A DNA stretch of 64,000 nucleotides from contig JBBQUR010000003.1 of NCBI GenBank assembly GCA_038212275.1, positions 160,001 through 224,000 of the forward strand, written 5' to 3'. The stretch is from Planctomycetota bacterium. Its GTDB lineage: Bacteria > Planctomycetota > B15-G4. Position 1 is the stretch's first letter, and every line of letters begins with the position of its first letter. Below, piece after piece: positions 46,224 to 55,614 of this stretch. A model generated the notes under the pieces. The model was given only the letters and a program-made list of their open reading frames with translations. It had not been told where the DNA came from and did no database searches. A program made the position numbers and the translations under genes.

Positions 46224-46258
46224 TGTGTGATGTGCAGGCACTGCCTCAACATCACACA
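46224..46258. repeat. 35-bp imperfect palindrome, copy D of the dispersed family
   Basis: TGTGTGATG-TGCAGGCACTGCCTCAA-CATCACACA, preceded by a GGATGTCGGC tandem duplication. Confidence 0.85.
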
Positions 46259-46505
46259 CCCGTCGAGGCCGGGCGTGTCGAGCGTGGTCGGCTCATGAGG
46301 CAGGTGTCTCCGCACGACGCCGGGCCGCGCTCAGCGCCGGGGGCGCGGCGGGAAACTTGCCCGCTGTTCGCGCGGCAGAGGTATCGTGCGACCGCTCCGC
46401 CAGCCTCCGCCTCCTCGGCACCGGAGGACGGCCGGTCGAGCCAGCCGGCCGCACCCGACACCACCCGAACCCCAGCCCGCGGGGACGGCACCGGCGCATG
46501 GAGAC

Positions 46506-47243
46506 ATGAGCGTGGATCCCTCGCTCCTGGCACAGCGCGTGGCTTGCCTGCCCGGTTCCGAGGCATTGCCGTGCCTGCTCCATTTCGATCCGCGCGACGA
46601 CCTGCACCTCGATGAGGTGGCCTGCTTCCTGACCGAGCGCTTTCGCAGCGACAACGATGTGGAGGCGCTGGCGCTGCTCTTCGAGCTGGCCCATCGCCGC
46701 CTGCGCGAGATTGCCCGGCAGATCTGCCGGCAGCTCGCGGTGGCCGTCGATCCCGAAGACCTGGTCGCCGGATTCATGACCCACCTCTTCACCGACGTCC
46801 GCCGCCCGCAGCCCAGGGTGCGGCACTTTCTCGGGCTCGCGCACACCGCCATGCGCAACGACGCCCGCAACCAGCTGCGCCAGAGCGCGCGCGCCTGGCG
46901 CCGCAACCTCAGCTTCCACGCGACGCTGGCCCAGTCGGCCGACCCGTCGTGCGAGGCCGATGAGCGCGAGCAGGCGCGGGGCGTGGCGCGGCTCGGCATG
47001 TTCCTGCTCGTCGTCGTCGGCCAGAGCTTTCACAGGCTCTCGGCGCGCGACCGCCAGGCCCTGCTGCTGCGCGAGGTCGACGGGTTGAGCTACGAGGCGC
47101 TCGCGGAGGCGCTGTCGCTGCCGTCCAATCAGGTCGGCTGCGTGCTGCGCCGCGCGCGTGCGCGACTCATGCGGAGGATGGCCGCGACGCTGCTGATCGC
47201 CGATGACAGCGAACCCCGCGGGCGCCGATCGGAGGTGACATGA
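46506..47243 (+). CDS. ECF-type sigma-70 factor with short N-terminal extension
   Basis: Region 2-like DPEDLV...RNDARNQLR; region 4 LSARDRQALLLREVDGLSYEALAEAL...RARARL. Confidence 0.85.
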   Translation: MSVDPSLLAQRVACLPGSEALPCLLHFDPRDDLHLDEVACFLTERFRSDNDVEALALLFELAHRRLREIARQICRQLAVAVDPEDLVAGFMTHLFTDVRRPQPRVRHFLGLAHTAMRNDARNQLRQSARAWRRNLSFHATLAQSADPSCEADEREQARGVARLGMFLLVVVGQSFHRLSARDRQALLLREVDGLSYEALAEALSLPSNQVGCVLRRARARLMRRMAATLLIADDSEPRGRRSEVT

Positions 47244-48085
47244 GCGACGACGATGAAAAGGAACGGCCTCTTGTCCGCGAGGCCCTCGGCTACCTCACGG
47301 GCGAGGGCCGCCCGCAGTCCGCCGCCGACTTGCTCGACGGCCTGTACGCGCGCTTCCGCGCCGCGGGCCGCGAGAAGCTCGCCGACCTCGTGTACGAAAT
47401 GACCAAGGCCTGCCTCGCGGCACTGCCGGACTTCTCCGTGCGCACGCTGCTGCACGACGAGCCGCGCACGCCCGAAGCGATCTCCGGCGAGTTGACCACG
47501 ATGTCCGAGTGCCTCGCCGGTGTGGACGAGCCGCCGGATCTGGCCTCCGTGGCGCGCCGCCGCCCCGAGGCGCCCGCGGCGCTGGCCGATGCGGACAAGT
47601 GCCTCGCGATCCTCGCACGCCTCGAGGGCGATTCGGGCCGGCAGCAGCTCGCCCTCGCCCTGTACGCAATTCACGCGCGGCAGCCCGCGCGCGCCGAGGC
47701 CCTGCTGCGCGAGCTGCTCGCACGGAAGAGCGAGCGGCCCGACGTGCTGCACATGGCCGACGTGAACCTCGCCTTCGCCCTGCTGCGGCAGGGACGCTAC
47801 GCGGAGGTCGTGCCGCTGGCGCGCGCGGCCGCCGTCCGATCTCCCGACGACCCGGTGCCGTGGTTCAACCTGCTGGCTGCCAGCGCGGAGCTGAACGATC
47901 GCGCCGGCTTCGAGGAGGGCGTGTCCGCGCTGGCCGCGCTGCAGGCGCGCACCGGCAGCACGCTCATCGCGCGCTGGTTCGAGCGCGACCTGCCGATGCT
48001 TGGCCGGCTGGCCGGGGTGCCGGGCAGCCGCTTGAAGGAACTCGCATCGTCGCCGGCGCCGGGAGCTGCGTCCGACGGCGACTGA
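47240..48085 (+). CDS. Soluble TPR-containing protein coupled to the ECF sigma factor
   Basis: ATGA overlap, GGAGG RBS; TPR-like NLAFALLRQGRYAEVV and PDDPVPWFNL; no TM segment. Confidence 0.75.
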   Translation: MSDDDEKERPLVREALGYLTGEGRPQSAADLLDGLYARFRAAGREKLADLVYEMTKACLAALPDFSVRTLLHDEPRTPEAISGELTTMSECLAGVDEPPDLASVARRRPEAPAALADADKCLAILARLEGDSGRQQLALALYAIHARQPARAEALLRELLARKSERPDVLHMADVNLAFALLRQGRYAEVVPLARAAAVRSPDDPVPWFNLLAASAELNDRAGFEEGVSALAALQARTGSTLIARWFERDLPMLGRLAGVPGSRLKELASSPAPGAASDGD

Positions 48086-48157
48086 GCTGCCGACGGCAGA
48101 GGGGCGGCACGAACGGCTATTCTCGGGGCCCGAATCCTGCCGGCCGCGAGACTCGCC

Positions 48158-51100
48158 ATGACACGCAACCACCCGACCCCGGGCAGCACCGCTGCCGACT
48201 CTCCTCGTCGTGAAGACCGCGCGGGCGCCGGCGGCAGGCGTCGTCGCTGGCCGTTCGTGGTGGGTGGGCTCGTCGTGCTGCTGATCGTGATCGTGCTCAT
48301 CGCGCCGATCATCGCGGCGAGCGTCGCGCGGGGCCGGATCGAGTCCGCCGTGGCCGACTCGCTCCACGCGACGGCCTCCGTCGGCGACCTGTCGCTGAGT
48401 CTCGGCGGCCACGTGCAGATGCGCGACTTCGCGCTCGCCGACACGGAGGGCCAGCCCGTGCTGACGCTCGCCGACCTGGACGTGCAGGCCGACGTGCTGG
48501 GCGCGATCTCCGGGAAGTACCGAGCGGATGTCGCGCTGCGTGGCGTGGTGCTGCACGTGCGCCAGCTCGCGGACGGCCGGCTCAATCTGGCCGCGCTGCC
48601 GCGCACGGCGCCCGTCGGCGCCGCCGACCGCACGTCCGACGCACGCGGCGCCAGCCGCACGCGCACGGGCAGCGGCGCGGAGGACACCGCAGGCCATGCG
48701 GCGAGCGGCGACGGCGGCGACACCCTCGCCGGCCCGCTGCCCGATGTCGGTGCGCACGTGCTGGTCGAGAATGCGACCGTCATCGTGCACGCGCCCGATG
48801 GTCGGACGACGCAGCTGGACAAGCTGAACCTGAAGTTCGACCTTCCGGGTCTCGAGCAGCCCGCCACCTTCGCGCTCGGTGCACAGCTCACCGGGCCTGC
48901 CGGGCCTGCCGGGCCTTTCGGAGCGGCGGGGGCGCTGCGGGCGGACGGCAGCGTCACGCTCGCGCACGGCGGTCGCATCGATCCGCAGCAGATCGCGGCG
49001 ACCCTCGACTATGCGCTGGAAAACCTCGCGCTGGCGGCGCTGCAACCTGCACTCGACACGGCGGCGAGCGGCGCGGTGCGCGACCTGCGCGGCACGCTCG
49101 CCGGCAGCGGCCACTGGACCGTGCAGGGACTCGGCCTGGTCAACGGAAAGACCGAAATCCGCGCCGACGGGCTGCACCTGCAGGGCGGCGCCGCCGACAG
49201 CCCGCCGCTGGACCTGCCCTCGCTCGTGCTCGCCGCAACGGCCTCGGTGGATGGTGAAGGCAGCGGCGTTCAGCTGCTGGAGCTGCGCGCCGGCGACGTG
49301 CTCGCGGTGCGCTGGGACGGCACCACGCAGCGGCTCGCGACGCCGGGCGGTTCGCTGTCGGGCAAGCTGGCGGTGGACAGCCGGCTCGGCGCTCTGCTCG
49401 CGCTGCTGCGCGAGCCGCTGGGATTGAAGCCCGGACTCGATGTCGGCGCGACGCTCGCGATCAAGAGCACGGTGGAGGCGGGCTTCGGCGCGGCGTCGCT
49501 GTCGAGTCTCGCCCTCACGTCCGAACTCACGCTGAAGGATGTCGCGGCGCGTGACGAGCGCGGCCAGCCGCTGGATCTGGGCGAGCTGACCTCGCTCGCC
49601 GCGGCACTCGATGGCCGCATGGACCTCGCCGCGGGACGCTTCGAGTTGTCGCGGATGACGCTGAAGGCCGGCCCGGTGCAGGCCTCCGCGCACGGCTCCG
49701 TGTCGGGGTTGCCCGTCGACGGCGCGGCCTTCGATGCCGGCAAGCTCTCCGTCGCGGACAGCGAGTTGCTGCTCGACGCGGACCTCGACCGGCTCGCCGG
49801 CACGCTCGGACACTTCATGGATCCGGGCGCGACGTCCTTCGGCGGCACGGTGCACGTGAAGGCCAGCGCGTCCACGACCGGTCGCCTGGTGGATGTCGTG
49901 AGCTCCGTGGAATTGGCGGGCCTGCGCCTCAGCGTGCCGCGCTCCGCGGAGGAAGCGGCGGCGGGCGCGGTGGCGCGCAGCGTCGGGCCGCTGGACCTGC
50001 ACTTCACGCAGGCTGAGCGCATCGATCTCTCGCCCGGCGGCGCCTTCGAGTTGTCGAGCATGACGCTGCGCTCGACCTTCGCGGAGCTCGACGGAAGCGG
50101 GAAGATCACGGAGGCCTTCGATGAGGCGCGCCGCGCCGGCAGCATCAAGCTTGCGCTGCGCCTGAAGCCCGGCGTCGCAAGCAGCCAGTTCGCCGGCCTG
50201 CTCGACGGCGCCTTGCTGGACGGCCAGGACGTGAGCGTCGACACGACGCTGCAGGTGCAGGCCTCGCGGATGGACGTCGTCGCAACGGTGCGGGCTCCGG
50301 CGCTCACGCTGCGCGGCGGCGCCGCCGAGGCCGAGACCCTGTCGCTCAGCGGCATCGCGCTGGACAGCGACCTCTCCTTCGATGCGCTCGCGCAGACGCT
50401 CGAGCTCAAGTCGCTGAAGCTGCAGGCGGGGCCGTCACACGCGGCGGACAAGGAACTGCCGGGACTCACGCTGACGGCGCGCGGCGCGTGGGACGGCGTA
50501 CGCGGCACCTTCGACCTGCCCGAGCTCGCGCTGCAATCGGGCGTGGCCAGCGGCGGCGGGAGTCTGTCCGTCGCCAATCTTTCGCAGCCGGACAAGGGCC
50601 TCGCCGTGCAGGCGGACGTCCGCTTTGCCGGCGATGTCGAGCCGGCGCGCGCGCTGCTCGCGGCCTTCGTGCCGGAACTTGCCGCCGCACGCGCCGCGGG
50701 TAGCTGGGACCTCACGTTGAAGGCCGACACGAGCGGCACGCTCACGCACGCCACGCCGCAGCTCGGGCTGCACGGCGTCACGCTGGACGGTTACGTCAGC
50801 AACGGAAAGGCGCTGCCGCTGAAGGACGTGGAGCTCGTGCTCGCCGCGGACCTCTCCGCCGACACGAGCAGCACCGGCAAGGCGACGCTCACGTCGCTCT
50901 CGCTGAAGGCGCCGGGCCTCACGCTCAAGGCCGACGGTCACGCCTCGGGCTACGCACAGCCCGTGTCCCTCGCGGCCCTCGACGCCCATGCGGTGGTCAG
51001 CCCGATTCCAGCCGGACTGCAGGCCGGCGTGCAGGCGGATTTCACGCTGCAGCCGCGCGAGCTGAGCGAGCGACTCGCGGCCTTCCTCGGCGGCCTGTCG

Positions 51101-53221
51101 CTGGGAGGGGAGACGCTCACGGGGACGTTCCATGCGGACGTGGCGCAGAGCGCCCTGGTGGCGAAGGCCGGACTCGCCTGCCGCGAACTGCAGGTCACGC
51201 TGCCCGCCGACGAGGCCGCGGGACGGCCGGTCACGACGCTCGCGCAGCGCGATCTTGCCGTGGATCTCGATGCGACGGCCGACCTGTCGCCAGGGCGCGA
51301 GAGCGTGACGCTGCGCACCGCGCGCTTCGCGAGCCGCACCGCCGAGGCCTCCGTCACCGGCACTCTCGGCGGCGTGCTGGCGCCGGAGAGCGCATCGGCG
51401 GACGTGGCCATCACGCTGCGCTCGGAGCTCGAGCGCGTCTTCGCGGATCTGGGCGCCTTGCTGCCGGCCGGCTGGTCCGGAAGCGGCGCGCTCGCGCTGG
51501 ATGGCACGCTGAAGGGCAGTGCGGGGCAGCTCGTGCTCAAGAGCGCGACGACGATCGACACGCTGTCGCTCACCGTCCCGCGCCCGCCGGCCGACACGGC
51601 CTCGGCGACGCCCGGCGCCGGTTCGGCTGCTGTCGCCGGCGCGGCCTCCGGCGCCGCGGCAGCGGGCGCGCCCGACGCGCCGCTCGTCATCACCGATCCG
51701 CACGTCGCCATCGACGTCGACGCGTCCGTCGCGACCGGCGCGATGGATGTGGATCTTGCACGCGTGCAGATCGCATCCACGTTCCTGTCGGGCAAACTGA
51801 CCGGCAAGCTGTTCGCGCTGAATTCCCCGACGCCGCGCGCCGAACAGCTCAAGGGTGATTTCACCTGGGTGCCGGATCGCGTCGGCGCGCTGCTCGGACC
51901 GATGCTCCCGGGTCGGGTCACGGGCGACGCGCCGCAACCGCTGCAGTTCACGCTGGACGGCCCGCTGCCCTCCGGCGACATGCCCGCGCTGCTCGCGGCG
52001 CTGAACGCCGGCGCGACCATCGGCCTCGGGAACTTCTCGATGCCGGGCCTCACCGCATCCGGCACGACGACGATGGACATGACGGGCGGCCGCGCACACG
52101 TGCTCGGCAAGCTCGTGCTCAACGAAGGCAGTGCGGATCTCGACGGCCTCTTCGACCTGCGGCCGGAGGGCACGGCCGCCGCGCCGCTCGGCACGCACCT
52201 GGACCTCAGCCTCAAGGGCATCAGGATCTCGCAGGAAATGGCGGACATCCTGGCGCGCGTCCACCCGCTGCTCGCGATGGGCGAAGGGCAGTCGGCAGGC
52301 GTGGTGTCGGGCGCGATCAGTGGCTCGCTGCGGCTCGACTGGCCCGCCGTGCTGCCGCTGCCCGCGGTGACTCCGACAAGCGCGAGCGCCGCAGCAACCC
52401 CCGCGACGGCAGCCGGAGCAGGCGCCGGTGCCGGCGGCGCAGGCGGCGCAGGCGGCGCGCACGCTGCGCCGGGCGCAGACCTGTTCGCCTCGCTGCCGCT
52501 CGAGAAACTCTCGGGCAACGCGACGCTGGACTTCGGCACGCTCAACCTCGCGAGTTCGCCGCTGCTCGGCGAGATGCTCGGCAATCTCGGCGTGTCCGGC
52601 ACGCAGCAGTTCACGCTCGCGCCGGTGAAGCTCGTCGTGAAGAACGGTCGCGTCGGCTACGCGGAGCCGTGGGGCTGGAACATCAAGGACTTCGCCACGA
52701 GCTTCAGCGGCTCGGTCGGCCTCGACCAGTCGCTCGATCTGGACTGGAGCGTGCCGATCACCGACGCGCTCGTCGCCAAGCACGGCTTCCTCAAGGAGCT
52801 CAAGGGACAGTCGCTCTCCATTCCGCTGCGAGGCAGCGTCGCCAAGCCCGACCTGCAGTGGACGGCCGCGCTGCAAGGCCTCGCCGAGCAGGCGCTGCAG
52901 TCGCAGCTGCAGTCCAAGCTCGGCGACAAGCTGGGACCGCTCGGCGGGCTGCTCGGTGGCAGCAAGCCGGCCCCCGGCGGCACGCCCGGCACGGACACTC
53001 CCGCAGCCGGCGACAAGGCGGCGGGCGACGAAAAGCCCGGCGAGGCGGCGCCGCCCGTCACCGCGGCCGACCTGCTCGCGCAGGCCGACGCGCTCTGGGA
53101 CAAGGGCGACAAGGAAGCAGCCAAGCCGCTCTACAAGCAGCTGAAGTCGGACTTCAAGCTGTCGCTCGAGTTTCAGCTCAACAAGAAGCGCATTGAGGAC
53201 CGAGCGAAGTGGAAGCCTTGA
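48158..53221 (+). CDS. AsmA/TamB-like (repeating beta-groove) envelope protein, 1687 aa
   Basis: Basic patch plus single N-terminal TM; DGRLNL motif; long run of amphipathic beta strands; AsmA-type C-terminal GSVGLDQSLDL...IPLRGSVAKP. Confidence 0.8.
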   Translation: MTRNHPTPGSTAADSPRREDRAGAGGRRRRWPFVVGGLVVLLIVIVLIAPIIAASVARGRIESAVADSLHATASVGDLSLSLGGHVQMRDFALADTEGQPVLTLADLDVQADVLGAISGKYRADVALRGVVLHVRQLADGRLNLAALPRTAPVGAADRTSDARGASRTRTGSGAEDTAGHAASGDGGDTLAGPLPDVGAHVLVENATVIVHAPDGRTTQLDKLNLKFDLPGLEQPATFALGAQLTGPAGPAGPFGAAGALRADGSVTLAHGGRIDPQQIAATLDYALENLALAALQPALDTAASGAVRDLRGTLAGSGHWTVQGLGLVNGKTEIRADGLHLQGGAADSPPLDLPSLVLAATASVDGEGSGVQLLELRAGDVLAVRWDGTTQRLATPGGSLSGKLAVDSRLGALLALLREPLGLKPGLDVGATLAIKSTVEAGFGAASLSSLALTSELTLKDVAARDERGQPLDLGELTSLAAALDGRMDLAAGRFELSRMTLKAGPVQASAHGSVSGLPVDGAAFDAGKLSVADSELLLDADLDRLAGTLGHFMDPGATSFGGTVHVKASASTTGRLVDVVSSVELAGLRLSVPRSAEEAAAGAVARSVGPLDLHFTQAERIDLSPGGAFELSSMTLRSTFAELDGSGKITEAFDEARRAGSIKLALRLKPGVASSQFAGLLDGALLDGQDVSVDTTLQVQASRMDVVATVRAPALTLRGGAAEAETLSLSGIALDSDLSFDALAQTLELKSLKLQAGPSHAADKELPGLTLTARGAWDGVRGTFDLPELALQSGVASGGGSLSVANLSQPDKGLAVQADVRFAGDVEPARALLAAFVPELAAARAAGSWDLTLKADTSGTLTHATPQLGLHGVTLDGYVSNGKALPLKDVELVLAADLSADTSSTGKATLTSLSLKAPGLTLKADGHASGYAQPVSLAALDAHAVVSPIPAGLQAGVQADFTLQPRELSERLAAFLGGLSLGGETLTGTFHADVAQSALVAKAGLACRELQVTLPADEAAGRPVTTLAQRDLAVDLDATADLSPGRESVTLRTARFASRTAEASVTGTLGGVLAPESASADVAITLRSELERVFADLGALLPAGWSGSGALALDGTLKGSAGQLVLKSATTIDTLSLTVPRPPADTASATPGAGSAAVAGAASGAAAAGAPDAPLVITDPHVAIDVDASVATGAMDVDLARVQIASTFLSGKLTGKLFALNSPTPRAEQLKGDFTWVPDRVGALLGPMLPGRVTGDAPQPLQFTLDGPLPSGDMPALLAALNAGATIGLGNFSMPGLTASGTTTMDMTGGRAHVLGKLVLNEGSADLDGLFDLRPEGTAAAPLGTHLDLSLKGIRISQEMADILARVHPLLAMGEGQSAGVVSGAISGSLRLDWPAVLPLPAVTPTSASAAATPATAAGAGAGAGGAGGAGGAHAAPGADLFASLPLEKLSGNATLDFGTLNLASSPLLGEMLGNLGVSGTQQFTLAPVKLVVKNGRVGYAEPWGWNIKDFATSFSGSVGLDQSLDLDWSVPITDALVAKHGFLKELKGQSLSIPLRGSVAKPDLQWTAALQGLAEQALQSQLQSKLGDKLGPLGGLLGGSKPAPGGTPGTDTPAAGDKAAGDEKPGEAAPPVTAADLLAQADALWDKGDKEAAKPLYKQLKSDFKLSLEFQLNKKRIEDRAKWKP

Positions 53222-53302
53222 GGGGCGGCTTTGTTTCGCGGTCGCGCCGGGGGGGCTGACCGCGTTGGGGCCGAGGCAGGGGTGAGTCGCATGGGGCGGG
53301 GG

Positions 53303-54084
53303 GTGCGCGGGGCGGGAGGATTGTCCGGCGCTGCGCCCCTGGGGCGACAGGACGCGTCACGGTTCCGGGAGCGGCGCCCTTCGCGCCGGACAAACCTCCC
53401 GTCCCGCGCTCGCCGAGGCAGGCTTTTCCGTGCCGGGCGAGGCGGTCAGCACTCCCGGCGCTTGCGCTTCACGACGCCGACACGCGCCGGCAGGGGTTGA
53501 ACGTTCGGACGGCGAGCGCGCCCGGCCGGTGTCTCGGGCGGAGCGGTGGCCCAGACGAATGACGGCGGTCCGCCGGAGCGTGAGCACTGCGAAGTCGCGT
53601 GCTGCCCAACTTCGAGTCGTTTCAGCTGACGCGTTCCGTCTCCGCCACGGCGTGACGCGTTCTCTGTGCCTGCCGCCCGTCATGTTCATCCCGCGCTGAG
53701 CAGCACTTGCTGGGAAGTACGCGTTGAGAGGCACGCGCTCGGCATCTCGTGCTGAGCGTCACGCGCCGAGCCTTGAACGCTTGCACGCTTGCACAGCGCG
53801 CAGCCGTGCATCGCGCCTTCCCCATCCCCGCTCAGACGATGCTTGACCGCATGGCGAGTCCATCACCACCTCATGGCGGAGAATGCGTTCCCCCAAAAGC
53901 CCACGCGTGAGGCGCAGCGAAGCGCCCGCCGGAAGCTGCCCCCCTCGCATGGCACGGAACCCCGTGCCTCGGCGTGTGCGCGGGACGGGAGGTTTGTCCG
54001 GCGCGAAGGGCGCCGCTCCCGGAACCGTGACGCGTCCCGTTGCCTCAGGGGCGCAGCGCCGGACAATCCTCCCGCCCCGCGCAC
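53303..54084. mobile_element. ~780-bp non-coding element bounded by 107-bp inverted repeats (MITE/REPIN-like)
   Basis: 53303-53409 and 53978-54084 are reverse complements with 3 mismatches; each is itself a long hairpin; no credible ORF inside. Mobility is inferred. Confidence 0.65.
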
Positions 54085-54170
54085 TCAACGTCCCACGCGA
54101 CTGACGACCCCCTCGACTCGAAGGGGCAGCTCCCGGCCCAGCGAAGCCGCGCCCCGCTCGCGATCGCGCC

Positions 54171-55412
54171 TCAGCCTTTTGCCGCCACCCCGCGAGCCAG
54201 GGCGTCAACCAGCCGCGGCACGTCTCGCGCGGGCGTGCTGCACAGCGCGATGCGCACGGCGCCTGCGACCGGCACCACGAAGACGCCCAGGTCGCGCATC
54301 GTTGCCGCGGTGCGCTCGGGATCGGCAGCGAAGACCGTGACGAAGAAGCCGCCTTCGTAGCGCGGGTAGCGCAGGCCGGCGGCGCGCGCTGCGCTGTTGA
54401 AGGCGGAGACTCGTTCGTCGAGCAGAGTCCGCAGGCGGTCGCGCTCGATGTCGGCGACGGCGCACAGGGAGGGGGTCTCGAGCAGGTCGGTGATGGCGAG
54501 CATGCCGAGGTGATTGCAGTTGGACCAGGTGCCGCGGCACGAGAACGAGAGCGCGTTGAAGATCCGCGTGCGTGCGTCGACCTCCGGGTGCGCCGCGATG
54601 AGCGCCCCGACGCGCGCGCCGTACTGCGTGAAGGCCTTGGAGGCCGTCCATGCCACGAGCACCAGCGCCTCGCCGGCAAGCGACTGCACGTGCGCGATCC
54701 AGCCGTCCGAGCCGGCCGCGCCGAACTTCGCGTAGGCCAGGTCGATCAGCAGGCTGACGGGGCCGAGCTGCGCGGCGCGACGCACGGCGGCGGTGACGCC
54801 GGCCCAGTCGTGGTCGTCCAGCGTGTAGCCCGTCGGGTTGTTGCAGGGCGTGTTGAGCACCACGAGCGCGCGGCCCTGATGGCTCATGTGCCGCAGCAGC
54901 GCCTCCTCGAAGGAGACCGTGTCGAACTGCCCGGCCGCGTTGAACATCGGAAAGGTGTCGACGCGCCGACGCGTGTGCTGGGCAAGCGTCTTGTACGGGC
55001 CCCAGAAATAGCTGGCGGTGAGCAGCGCCTCCCCGGGCTCCAGGAAGTTGACGATGGCGTGGTGCAGCGCGCCGGTGCCGCCCGGCGTGGCGACGGCGAC
55101 GGATTGCGCGACGAGCGGCGAGGCGCCGAAGGTGTCGCGAATGACGGCCGCCAGGAAGCGCGCTTCGCCGGCGATGGGTGCATAGGCGGCACTGCGCTTG
55201 AACGGCACGCGCGTCAGCACGTCCTGCACGACGGGCATCACGGCCAGCGAGCCGTCGTCTTCCATGAGCGCGCCCAGCGTCGCGTTCAGCACGGACTCGC
55301 CGGCCGCGGCGCGCTTCATCGCCTCGGCGTTCAGCGAAAAGATGGGGTCGTCGCCCGGGCGCGCGGCGCAGTCGGGGATCAGGTGGCTCTTGCTGTCCGT
55401 GGTGGGTATCAC
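54171..55412 (-). CDS. PLP-dependent aminotransferase class I/II
   Basis: NATLG, YAPIAG, TPGGTGAL, NNPTG, DLAY, SKAFTQYGARVG motifs. Confidence 0.92.
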   Translation of the reverse strand: MIPTTDSKSHLIPDCAARPGDDPIFSLNAEAMKRAAAGESVLNATLGALMEDDGSLAVMPVVQDVLTRVPFKRSAAYAPIAGEARFLAAVIRDTFGASPLVAQSVAVATPGGTGALHHAIVNFLEPGEALLTASYFWGPYKTLAQHTRRRVDTFPMFNAAGQFDTVSFEEALLRHMSHQGRALVVLNTPCNNPTGYTLDDHDWAGVTAAVRRAAQLGPVSLLIDLAYAKFGAAGSDGWIAHVQSLAGEALVLVAWTASKAFTQYGARVGALIAAHPEVDARTRIFNALSFSCRGTWSNCNHLGMLAITDLLETPSLCAVADIERDRLRTLLDERVSAFNSAARAAGLRYPRYEGGFFVTVFAADPERTAATMRDLGVFVVPVAGAVRIALCSTPARDVPRLVDALARGVAAKG

Positions 55413-55614
55413 GCGTGGCGGTCCTGAGCGAGGGGCGGGGATTGTACGGGCTGTCAGCCGGCGGCGCGCGGGTCATTGCCGGCATCATGCGGCGCGGCGC
55501 CGGCCGGTCGCCGGCGGGAGCGCACGAGCGTGACGCCCGCGGCCAGGCCTGCCAGCAGCGAAATCAGCGCGCCGGCGATGAACGAGTCGGGCTGGTAGCG
55601 GGCGTCGCGCTCGC

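Noticed and set aside
18661..46258. CRISPR repeats or CRP sites for the 35-bp palindromes
   Set aside because: Copies are dispersed, not arrayed with spacers, and no cas genes are present. TGTGA and TCACA are 21 nt apart rather than 6.
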